Shown in pieces: positions 19,628-29,000 of a stretch of DNA of 64,000 bases. A program made the translations under genes and the position numbers. The DNA is from an uncultured Gammaproteobacteria bacterium. Lineage in GTDB: Bacteria; Patescibacteriota; Microgenomatia; JALYQM01. The stretch covers positions 1,344,826 through 1,408,825 of the forward strand of contig CAYOFQ010000001.1 of assembly GCA_964403585.1 (NCBI GenBank), given 5' to 3'. Below the pieces are notes generated by a model, which was given only the letters and a program-made list of their open reading frames with translations, did no database searches and was not told where the DNA came from. Numbering within the stretch: the first letter of the stretch is position 1; the number at the start of each line of letters is the position of its first letter.

Positions 19628-19963
19628 ATGCGAAAGAAAAAAATTATAAAAATTGTAGCTGCAATAGTGAGTAGTACGGCATGTGGGGTTTTTACCTATT
19701 ATTACCAGCCACCATCTCAATTTGCAATAAATAATGCGTTTCCTATTACCCTATTCACCTTCTTTTTATTTTCAGCCGTATTCACTACTTCCCAACTCTT
19801 TACTACGGTCAATAAAGCGCTACTCATTTCACTCACCATTACCAGCACGCTATTTGTAAAACATATCCGTATAATACCCATAATAACATACGCAATTTGT
19901 CTTCCTTTACTTTTATTGCGCACACCTACTGAACTGGATGATGAAAAAGTTGGCGAACTCTGA
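19628..19963 (+). CDS. Small hydrophobic membrane protein (hypothetical)
   Basis: 111-aa ORF with 3 hydrophobic segments. An antisense ORF overlaps it. Weak support only. Confidence 0.3.
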   Translation: MRKKKIIKIVAAIVSSTACGVFTYYYQPPSQFAINNAFPITLFTFFLFSAVFTTSQLFTTVNKALLISLTITSTLFVKHIRIIPIITYAICLPLLLLRTPTELDDEKVGEL

Positions 19964-19975
19964 TAAAAATACCCT

Positions 19976-20604
19976 ATGCTTCTAGAAAACACACCATTAA
20001 CTAATTGGTATGCTATAACCGGAGCACCGCGTGCCGGTAACACATCTTTCCTAAGATATCTTGCATTCTATCAGTACAAATACCAACTTCCCTATTTCAT
20101 TCGTCCGGAAGCAGCTCGTGTAGACATTGATACCAAAATGAGTCAGGGGTTGACTTTAGAAATGATCCGTAAGACGAAAAATCCTGGCAAAAAGAACTTT
20201 TTGCTTTGAAAGATGAGGCTGCTCGACTAAGTGATCCCCATGAACTTATTATTTGGGAACGGACCGTTAAACCGGATACACTCGCATATTTACAAGTAGC
20301 CGAGGCTGACAAAAACAACAATAACCGTTTCTTTTCTGATGAAAAAGCACAACTTATGTTTTCTAAAGAGGTATCCTTATATAGAATAGTATTCCTATTA
20401 GATCCACTTTCTAACTACGAAAAAGACTATGCCCGAACTGAAGATGAGCAACAACAAAAAAGAATTAACGAATTACTAGAGCAGTCGTTAAAGTATATGG
20501 GGTATCGATATAGTAGGGTCCCTGTGGTTCCACTACCAGAACGAGCTGCTATAATCATAAATCACATCAAAGAAGACCTCAAAAAACGCCCGTTCTTGCA
20601 ATAA
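19976..20604 (+). pseudogene. P-loop NTPase-like gene disrupted by a frameshift (two overlapping ORFs, 19976..20209 frame 2 and 20173..20604 frame 1)
   Basis: N-terminal piece carries a degenerate Walker-A-like ITGAPRAGNTSFL. The frames overlap around GGCAAAAAGAACTTTTTGC. A 1-nt shift joins ...KTKNPGKK to ELFALKDEAARL.... The second piece otherwise needs a TTG start. Confidence 0.45.
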
Positions 20605-20623
20605 TAGCGGAAAAAAGTATAAT
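20596..20623 (+). promoter_or_regulatory. Putative sigma-70-type promoter (TTGCAA-16-TATAAT) driving the leader upstream of the SAM hydrolase-metG pair
   Basis: TTGCAA at 20596..20601 and TATAAT at 20618..20623. Confidence 0.4.
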
Positions 20624-20631
20624 AGTATTAA

Positions 20632-20762
20632 TGATTACACGTTTAGTTACAACTATCATGTACATGCGACACCAAGCTTTCAAACCTGGTGAGACTGTGC
20701 ACGCGTAATTAGAAATATAAATATCATTAGAAAGCACAAACCCTCCACCAGGAGGGTTTTTT
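20632..20762 (+). ncRNA. Structured 5' leader / candidate riboregulator ending in an intrinsic terminator (AACCCTCC-ACCA-GGAGGGTT + U6 at 20739..20762)
   Basis: Long-range 10-bp stem AATTACACGT (20633..20642) / ACGCGTAATT (20701..20710). Internal 10-nt palindrome CATGTACATG. Hairpin CACCA-N12-TGGTG. Perfect 8-bp GC-rich terminator stem plus T6 ending 21 nt before the ATG at 20784. Confidence 0.4.
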
Positions 20763-20783
20763 GTTGGTGAAAGGAGCTTATCA

Positions 20784-21539
20784 ATGACCAACCCTATTAT
20801 TACCTTAACCTGCGATTTTGGCGACCGTTTTGCCGCCGGCCAAGTTGAATCAGTAATCTACAGCTTAAACCCGTCAATTAAGTTCCTGCTCGCCAGTCGG
20901 GAAGTTACACCATATTCAATTACTGAAGGTGCTTTCATTATCCAAAAGTTCGTTCAGTTTACTCCTCCGGGAAGCATTCATATTGGGGTAATTGACCCCG
21001 GAGTTGGATCCGACCGTATCGGGCTCGTCGTAAAAACGAAACAGTTCTGGTTTGTGGGTCCCAACAACGGATTGTTCTATCCGGCAGCCGCAGAGGACGG
21101 CATTGAGAAAATCTATCAAATTGATGAGGAAAAAATTGGCTCACTCTCCAATACTTTTCATGGTCGGGATATCTTTGCCAAAGTTGCCGCATACCTGAGT
21201 TTAAACAAACCGATCAGCGAGTATGCCTCCGAAATCGACACGTCTCGCTTAATCTCACTCAAATACTATCCCAATCAAATCCTCCATATTGATCCGTATG
21301 GCAATATCAAACTCAATAATCCCGCACAATATAACCACGGCGACAAATTAGAGCTTAAAATAAATGAAAAATCGTATATAATACCCTTTGTAAAGACCTT
21401 TGCTGAAGTACCACTTGGCCAGCCGCTGGCATATAAAGGCAGTCATGAGACCCTGGAAATTGCCTTTAACCAGGAAAATGCAGCGAATGCTTTACAGGTC
21501 AAAGTCGAAGATACTATTAGCATCCAAAGGAGCATCTAA
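20784..21539 (+). CDS. S-adenosyl-L-methionine hydroxide adenosyltransferase (SAM hydrolase, DUF62/SalL-FlA fold)
   Basis: N-terminal LTCDFGD. Core IGVIDPGVGSDRIGLVV ... FVGPNNGLF matches VVDPGVGS..R...FV.PDNGLL of the family. SD AAAGGAG lies upstream. Stop overlaps the metG ATG (TAATG). Confidence 0.8.
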   Translation: MTNPIITLTCDFGDRFAAGQVESVIYSLNPSIKFLLASREVTPYSITEGAFIIQKFVQFTPPGSIHIGVIDPGVGSDRIGLVVKTKQFWFVGPNNGLFYPAAAEDGIEKIYQIDEEKIGSLSNTFHGRDIFAKVAAYLSLNKPISEYASEIDTSRLISLKYYPNQILHIDPYGNIKLNNPAQYNHGDKLELKINEKSYIIPFVKTFAEVPLGQPLAYKGSHETLEIAFNQENAANALQVKVEDTISIQRSI

Positions 21540-23113
21540 TGAACAAGAAGTTTTATATTACCGTTTCCATTCCCTATGTTAACTCAACACCGCATATCGG
21601 GTATGCTCTTGAGTGTCTGCAGGCTGACGCCCTGGCCCGTCACTATCATACGCTCGGATACGATACGTATTTTCTCTCCGGATCAGATGATAACGCCCTT
21701 AAAAATGTACAGTCGGCTGAAAAAGCCGGCCTAAAGACAAAAGAATTTGTCGACAAAAATGCTGCCGAGTTCGCTAAGCTTAAAAATTTGCTAAACTTAA
21801 CTACCGATCAATTCTTTCAAACATCTACCGAAAAGCATTTTAAAGGAGCCCAAAAACTGTGGTCATCATTTAAAAAAGAGGATCTGTACAAAAAATCATA
21901 TCAGGGACTTTACTGTGTGGGGTGTGAACAGTTTTATGCCGAAGATGAACTGCTTGAAGGTAAAATCTGCCCTATTCATAAGAAAGCAGTAGACGAAGTC
22001 GAAGAAGAAAACTGGTTCTTCAAACTTTCCAACTATCAGGAAAAATTTGAACAGCTTTTTGAAACAAACGAACTCCAGGTTTTACCCGATATCCGCCGAA
22101 ATGAAACCCTTGCTCTTATTAAATCAGGACTGCAGGATTTCTCCATTTCACGCTCTGTAGAACGTTCTAAAGGCTGGGGCGTTCCTGTTCCGGAAGATGA
22201 GTCCCAAATAATGTACGTATGGGTAGACGCACTCAGCAATTACATCACCGCACTTGGTTATGGTGAAGACGACGACAGTTTATTTAAAACATACTGGCCT
22301 GCGGATATTCAGATTATTGGTAAAGACATCAACCGATTCCACACAATCTATTGGCCGGCAATGTTGCTTTCTGCCGGACTTCCCCTGCAAAAACAGGTCT
22401 TTATCCACGGGTTTATAACAGTTAATGGCGAGAAAATGAGCAAATCTATCGGAAACGTCCTTTCGCCCCAGGATTTGATCGAAAAATATGGTCTGGAACC
22501 TACCCGGTATTACCTGCTCAAGGAGATTCCTACTTTTTCCGACGGAGATTTTTCAGATAACCGGATGCTTGAACTGTATAATGCCGACTTGGCCAACGGA
22601 CTCGGCAATCTTGTCTCACGGACAATTTCAATGATACATAAGTACTCTGCAGGTAAAGTTCCCGCACAACCGGTAGCCAATCTCAAGGAACAATCCACCT
22701 CCCCTGTTGATGAAGCTATCCGAAAGCTTGCCTTAACCTGTATTCAAAATGACCCTTCAACATCCGAATATGCCAGACTGCTGGAGCAGCGCGAATTAAG
22801 CAAAGCACTTGAACATTTATGGACAAAAATTCGTGAGTGCGACCAGCTCATTAATACAACCGAACCATGGAAATTATTCAAAGCAGGAGAAACAGAGAAA
22901 GTAAACGCCGTGCTCTATTGGCTGGCTCAAGCAATTCATAACATCGCCTGGGAACTGTATCCATTCTTACCGGAGACATCAATTAAAATCGCTCGCGCGC
23001 TCAATATTGAAAAACTCATGGAAGACAATCCCAATATGTTCCACGGCATGCATGAGTGGGCAGACGAAGTTGAGGTAAACGAGGTTGAGCCGCTATTCCC
23101 CCGACTGGTATAA
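21539..23113 (+). CDS. metG: Methionyl-tRNA synthetase (short form, no C-terminal tRNA-binding domain)
   Basis: Class-I HIGH motif (PYVNSTPHIGYALE). KMSKS motif (KMSKSIGN). Zn knuckle CVGCEQF...CPIH. 524 aa. Confidence 0.9.
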   Translation: MNKKFYITVSIPYVNSTPHIGYALECLQADALARHYHTLGYDTYFLSGSDDNALKNVQSAEKAGLKTKEFVDKNAAEFAKLKNLLNLTTDQFFQTSTEKHFKGAQKLWSSFKKEDLYKKSYQGLYCVGCEQFYAEDELLEGKICPIHKKAVDEVEEENWFFKLSNYQEKFEQLFETNELQVLPDIRRNETLALIKSGLQDFSISRSVERSKGWGVPVPEDESQIMYVWVDALSNYITALGYGEDDDSLFKTYWPADIQIIGKDINRFHTIYWPAMLLSAGLPLQKQVFIHGFITVNGEKMSKSIGNVLSPQDLIEKYGLEPTRYYLLKEIPTFSDGDFSDNRMLELYNADLANGLGNLVSRTISMIHKYSAGKVPAQPVANLKEQSTSPVDEAIRKLALTCIQNDPSTSEYARLLEQRELSKALEHLWTKIRECDQLINTTEPWKLFKAGETEKVNAVLYWLAQAIHNIAWELYPFLPETSIKIARALNIEKLMEDNPNMFHGMHEWADEVEVNEVEPLFPRLV

Positions 23114-23114
23114 G

Positions 23115-23960
23115 TTAACCTAGTCGACTCGTCTCACCTGTTGCAGCCTGAGCCCGAAGTAACACTCCGCGCAGGAAACGTGGCTTTGAATAATTCCAGG
23201 CTGCAGCACCGACTCCCCGATGGTAGAGATCCAGACGCTCAAAAACAGCGTCCATATCACCGTTCGTAGATATCGTCTGCACCGGTTCAGGTAAATTTTC
23301 TACTGGGACGGGGTATACTTCCAACCATTCACCAAGCTCAGTTTGGTAGACAGGATCGAGTCCTTCTATAAGTCGCCGTAAATTCCCTGTTTGTAGATAA
23401 ACACCAACACCAGCTGATTCGATAGCATAACTACCGGTATGTTCCACCACACGGGCACTACCATGCGGGTTGTTATGATAATAATGAGTAGACCGACGGC
23501 CGGCTGCCGCACGATTCTTTTTTCCGGCTGCCTCATTATAGAGGTATTGCCATGCTGAAGTTCCCATTTGTTTTTCATATTTAGCCTTTACTTCAGGATG
23601 CAAAGCCATTCCGGGTTCAACAGCAACAAATACGGCACCGTTGGAAGATAACCGGCTAGGAATGTGCTCACCAGAGAAACTCGGTGACAAAGAAACATGT
23701 AACGCAGTCTCAGCACCATCTAAAGACGGCACGGCCAGACTATGCGCAATACTATAATCATACAACGAATTGAATCTACCCGGAAGTTCTTTTATTAAAA
23801 CGTCCTCCACTTGGTGAATTGTTCTCAACCGTACGTTACTTGCTCCGGTCAATTCTGCCGATAATTCAACGAGCGCTTGTGCGGCTTCAACTGCATTGCG
23901 GTCCTCAACGGCCGCAATCACTTTATCATAATTTCTCGATCGTATTTCCATAGATAACAT
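23115..23960 (-). CDS. Hypothetical protein
   Basis: 281-aa ORF convergent with metG. No recognised motif. Confidence 0.4.
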   Translation of the reverse strand: MLSMEIRSRNYDKVIAAVEDRNAVEAAQALVELSAELTGASNVRLRTIHQVEDVLIKELPGRFNSLYDYSIAHSLAVPSLDGAETALHVSLSPSFSGEHIPSRLSSNGAVFVAVEPGMALHPEVKAKYEKQMGTSAWQYLYNEAAGKKNRAAAGRRSTHYYHNNPHGSARVVEHTGSYAIESAGVGVYLQTGNLRRLIEGLDPVYQTELGEWLEVYPVPVENLPEPVQTISTNGDMDAVFERLDLYHRGVGAAAWNYSKPRFLRGVLLRAQAATGETSRLG

Positions 23961-24039
23961 ATAGTAATAGTAACATATAAAGGTATATTATTAAAGAAAC
24001 AATTACAAAAACTGATAATCGCCTAAATATGATATAAAC

Positions 24040-24068
24040 TTGCCCTACTACCCTATAAGTGGTATAAT
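24040..24068 (+). promoter_or_regulatory. Sigma-70-like promoter TTGCCC-17-TATAAT positioned for a leaderless transcript of the 24075 gene
   Basis: TTGCCC at 24040..24045, 17-nt spacer, TATAAT at 24063..24068, ATG at 24075 (7 nt after the -10). Confidence 0.5.
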
Positions 24069-24074
24069 CCCGGC

Positions 24075-25127
24075 ATGGAATTAAATAAACTAAAGCAAAT
24101 GAGCCTCGTGCTCGTAACTGCCTATAAAGGTCCTGACCTCGACGGCTATGCCTCCGCCCATGCCTACGCTCAATATTTGAGCTCAAATGGCGTAAAAGCC
24201 CAGGCTGCTATTTCGGGCAATCCGGACGCTGAAACCGAATTCCTGCTCAAAAAATATAAAATTAAGCCGCTCACCAACGCCAAAAAGCTCATCGAAAAGG
24301 CCGACGCGGTTATTTTGGTTGATGCCAGTGATACATTTGGAATCGATGAGGCTATTAAACCGTCTAAAGTCGTTCAAATTATTGACCATCGGGCACACAA
24401 TGACGTCGAAAGTTTCAAGAAAGCCGTTGTTGAAATAGAGACTATTGGAGCAACCTCTACCTTGATTGCCGAAAAGTTTATTGAAACAAATACCGAGCTT
24501 CCCACCGATTGCGCCATCTTGTTGTATGGTGGAATTATCTCCAACACCATCAATTTCAAGAATAAATTAACGGCCAACCGGGATAAACGCACCGCAGCAT
24601 GGTTAACCACAAAATTCAACGTACCGGCCGACTTTACCGAAAAAATGTTTAAAGCGAAGTCAAATTTCAAAGACAAGACAATTTATCAAATCGTCGAAGA
24701 CCGTTTGGCGGTGTTTAAATTCCATCGAACCCGCGTCGCTATTTCTCAGATAGAAATCATCGATGCCGAAAAATTTGTCAGCAAAAATCTGGATGACATA
24801 ATTAAAGCGTTACGCAGATTAGCAACCAAGCACGATGTCCATCATATCTTTGTTAAGGTAATTGATGTTATGCAGGGACGAAATATTTTCATTGCCGAAG
24901 AGCTTGAAACCCAGAAATTATTGGTTAAAAACTTCCAATTGGAATTTGAAGACCACATCGCTCATACCCATCATGTCCTGGTTCGCAAAGAAATTGTTCC
25001 GGTTCTCAAAAGCTATTTTGAAGGCAGTGAGTTTGATATTTCAGCTATCCGTCCAAAAGATTTCAATCATTTCGTCCGTCACCACGACGACGATGAAGAA
25101 GAATTTTCTGAACCGATGATTGCTTAA
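24075..25127 (+). CDS. DHH-family phosphoesterase (family-II inorganic pyrophosphatase-like, DHH + DHHA2)
   Basis: GPDLDGYASAHAYAQYL aligns to the NPDTDTICSAIAYA motif. VILVDASD aligns to VILVDHNE. IIDHRAH aligns to VIDHHR. Acidic C-tail. Metal ligands partly substituted, so the PPase activity is uncertain. Confidence 0.6.
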   Translation: MELNKLKQMSLVLVTAYKGPDLDGYASAHAYAQYLSSNGVKAQAAISGNPDAETEFLLKKYKIKPLTNAKKLIEKADAVILVDASDTFGIDEAIKPSKVVQIIDHRAHNDVESFKKAVVEIETIGATSTLIAEKFIETNTELPTDCAILLYGGIISNTINFKNKLTANRDKRTAAWLTTKFNVPADFTEKMFKAKSNFKDKTIYQIVEDRLAVFKFHRTRVAISQIEIIDAEKFVSKNLDDIIKALRRLATKHDVHHIFVKVIDVMQGRNIFIAEELETQKLLVKNFQLEFEDHIAHTHHVLVRKEIVPVLKSYFEGSEFDISAIRPKDFNHFVRHHDDDEEEFSEPMIA

Positions 25128-25143
25128 AGAGGCTTAACCCCTA

Positions 25144-25964
25144 CTAAATACATAGAATACGCAGAGGTCGTACTATCTGAGGCCGGAATTGGGAAACATC
25201 CTCAAAAGAATTAGGCGTACGTTTCTCATAATTTTGCGTTATCCATGCCGGTGCAGCTTGACCAGGTATTTTACGGTAAAAAATAAAAACAGTAGCCGGA
25301 GACTTCAAGTTAATTGACCATGATAAATCACGATCATCTTTCTCACGCACATTACCCGTTTGGATATAATGCATATCCGCAAACAAGGAACGTGTATTAA
25401 AGAAAGTAAACCGCAAATCATCCGAATAAATGGTTTTACACTGGCTGAAACAACGAGGTATAAAAGCATATCCGGGAGGAGTATAGATAGAATATGGAGC
25501 ATTCGACTCAGAGCAAGGTTGAGGACTATTATTCGGGCTTCCTGAAGGTGTTACTATTGGAGGTAACGTTACCGGTGTACCTAATTGAACTGAAACTGTA
25601 ATCTCCTGCGGAGTCTTCGACAACACTTCCACTGTCGCACCCGTTGCCTGATCGGTAAATGTTTTGCCTGCTCCCAGTGAAGAGTTACACCACGAACCGG
25701 GAGGATCCGCTGCAATCAGCCAGGATTCGTCTATATCTCCATACCCGACATGAAACACTGACGATATTCGACGTATAACTCTCTAAAAAATGATACACTC
25801 CCTCTCTTAATTTTAAGTGCCTTCACAGAGAAGTCATTCGAAGACATCACATCAACCAAATCACCATACTCTTCACGGGAACAGTCCTTAGGATATCCGT
25901 TTTCCATTATCGGATTTATACTCAAATTACCGCAGCCAAGAAATTTTGAATGTGATAGGCCCAA
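25144..25964 (-). pseudogene. Remnant of a paralog-family gene (member B): no signal peptide, frame break near 25731..25758, C-terminally truncated domain
   Basis: ORF 25144..25758 has IYSDDLRFTFF ... LSWSINL ... FIFYRKIPGQAAPAWI but stops before the LGLIG/TAYSMY segment seen in members A and C. The upstream ORF 25731..25964 is in another frame. Confidence 0.4.
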
Positions 25965-26024
25965 ATTGCAGCTGTCCGCTTACAACCATAGTTCCACAGC
26001 CCAATAAGGAAGTCAATCTAAAAG

Positions 26025-29000
26025 CTAGAAACCCTCCGAATCTCCAACCTTCAGTATATTTTTACAATAATCACATTCCCCAAACGGCTCACGGCAACTG
26101 AATTTTAGTTCCTGAAGTTCTGCCCACATTTCCCTAATCTGTTCCGATACCACCTTCAGATCATCATCAGTTACACTCAATTCGACTGTTGTGAAATTAC
26201 CCTCTTTATCCGGTTCCAAAAATTCCACAATTCCCCGCTCCATCACATGCCCGAACCGTCGGGACATCTTGGTCAATAACTTATAAAAAACAATTTGCCG
26301 CCAGATATCTTCATCAAACGCAACTTTCTTAGCAGCTTTAGAAGAATCGCCTGTTTTAAAGTCATACACGATACATTTACGCGAGACATCATCCGTATAC
26401 TCAATCATATCAATCTTTCCAGTCAATCGGATCTCGTCAAGACAAATCCCATGGTACGAAAAATCGGTTTCTATCTTTACAATCTTAGGTAAGGTACCAA
26501 TTCTATTTTCATAATATTTCGGTAAAAATAACCGACCCCGTTCCAGAGCATCGGCATACTTTGCTCCCACCAGCCAACTCCGCTCCAGCATTTTTTGGTA
26601 AATATTCACCATCTCTTCACTGCTGATCACCTTACCATGTACATTACTTTCAAATAACGCTTCAACGGCCTTGTGCGCAGCAGTTCCAACAACAAGTGCC
26701 GTGTCAGGAACAATGGGGGCACGAATAAAATATTGGTAATAAAACATCCGCGGACATTTCCGGTACGCATTTAAGTGAGAAGCAGATAACGCATAATCCT
26801 GTAACCGTTCTCGTAAATACGCTTTAACTTCGGCATCATAGGATTCGGGTCGCTTTAAGCCAACTAACCGCATGGTCAATTTCTCTTTCTCTGCTTGAGC
26901 ATCAAACCCCATTTCTTCTTTTACAATACCGTCATCTCCCAATTCGGTTACAAATTGAGTCGGTATCTGTTTCTTGCCGTCACCATCAGCTCGGGCATAC
27001 GAAATCACCAGTTCTTGCTTCGCACGCGTTACAGCAACATAAAATAAACGGCGTGCTTCTTCCTCCTGCTGTCTGGCCGCCACTCCTAAATCATTTTCAA
27101 ATAAGTTAAGCGGTAACGGCAGTCGGTCAGCCCGACCTCCTTTTTCCCACTTCCGCTCAATAGAATTCATCAGAAACACGTGTCCATATTCGAGACCCTT
27201 GGATTTATGTACGGTAGTCAAAGAAACTCTTCCTGAAGCCGTTCCTCTGTCACCGAGCGGCAAGGCCAAATTATGCTCCAGCATTTCCACGGCCAACTGT
27301 ACTAAACTGTCAAATGTGGCATTTCGGTCGGACTGAATCGCTCGGCCGAACTCGTTAACCAATGCACCTAATGCCCGTAAGTTCTCCAACTCATTTTCCC
27401 CGGAAGAACTGCACTGTTCTAGAATACCGCTGCTGGAAACAATCTCGCCGATAATCTCCATTGGACTCAATATCCCAATCAAATCTCTCCAGCGCAAAAT
27501 ATTGTTATATAAAGCAGAACAGGAAATTGTATCAATAACACCTGCTTCCATTAATCGCCTGGTATCGCCTAATAAATCAAAATACATCAAAGCTTCCCGG
27601 CGATGTTCAATCGCATACTTATTCATCCGTAGGAATTCCAGCGCCGGAATACCTCCCGCAGCCGATTCCAATAGGTAAAAGAAATTAACATTATCATACG
27701 GATTTCTAATCGCCAGCAGCAATCGCAGAAACTGGCTCACGACCACATTCTCAAACGCATTCTCGCTTCGGGACAACGAGAACGGAATCTCCATACGCTT
27801 CATAAACGGAACCAGTTCCATTAGTTCATTATTTGTTTTCGCCAATACGGCAATTTCATGTGGTTCCACTCCATGATGAATAAGATCCAGTATCTGACGG
27901 GCTATCCAATACTGTTCCGATACACTGTCATCAAAAGACACTATCCGGATTGGCCGCTCTTCAATGGTAAGCCCAGGCTGCAACGCTTTTATAACATCAG
28001 GAATAGCCACCGCAGCTCGGAATTGATTATTCGAAATAAGCAAATCCGCGACTTTTAATATCCTGGGCTGTGAACGATAGTTGTGTACAAGAGAAACCAC
28101 CTTTACCGAATCCTGATATTGACGGGTAAATCCTACAACATTCTCCAATGAAGCTCCCTGAAACCTGAAAATGGATTGATCATCATCTCCCACCACAAAA
28201 ACATTCGGCGAATCGACATCCAATCCAAAGACATCAACCAGTTTATTTTGCGCAGTATTCGTATCCTGATACTCATCTACCAGCACATATTGATACCGCT
28301 CCTGAAAATCCAGACGCATGTTCTGATCACTGGACATCAGGCTAAGGACATTATTGATCATATCCTCGAAGTCATAGCGGCCATTATCGGCCAGCGTCTT
28401 GAGGTACACACGGTAAACTTCGTTAAGCGCTTTCTGATGCTCTATCTTTCCGGATACATGCGTGTAAAAACGCTTCATTTCTTCCTTTAGTTTAGAATAG
28501 CTCACCTTTCCGGTTTTAGTCGGATTCAATAACGCCAACTCCCGGGCTCGAGCAAGCAATAAGCCCGCACTCCGGTACAGATAATCACTTCCATCAACTG
28601 TTTTAGACAGTTCAACAAACGTATCACCAATCTGATCAAGTAATGAATCAGTATACTGCCCGGCATTCTTCCCCATCATTTCCTCAAACAAATCCTTGGT
28701 TCTTTCAGCAAAAACAGCCTGTTCATGAATAAAATGATCCAGCCGATCCGGATCCACACCTTCACGTTTTAATTCACTGATACGCGAAGAGATATCATTT
28801 AAATACAAAACCGGATTATTGACGTGCTTCAAAGGACTTCCGTAGGGAAGTTCTTCCAGTATCCGTGTCAGGTATCTGACACGTTCCAAATCGGTCAGCG
28901 GCAGCAGCTCGGTAGTTTTTATAAACTTCTCCGGATATTCAGACATCACCTCATTGGAAAATGAGTGAAAAGTAGCAACCTTTGAACTATGGCCATCATT

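Noticed and set aside
19717-20043. 108-aa minus-strand ORF
   Set aside because: It overlaps the 19628..19963 and 19976 plus-strand ORFs, has no start context, and looks like a typical AT-rich antisense shadow.
20632-20762. Calling the leader a SAM-I riboswitch or T-box
   Set aside because: Neither the T-box consensus AATTAGGGTGGNACCGCG nor the SAM-I kink-turn/four-way junction sequence is recognisable by eye. It is kept only as an unclassified structured leader.
25759-26024. 265-nt gap examined for tRNA/ncRNA
   Set aside because: No T-loop (GTTCRA) or anticodon-arm geometry and no convincing hairpin. More likely decayed coding sequence from the paralog remnant.
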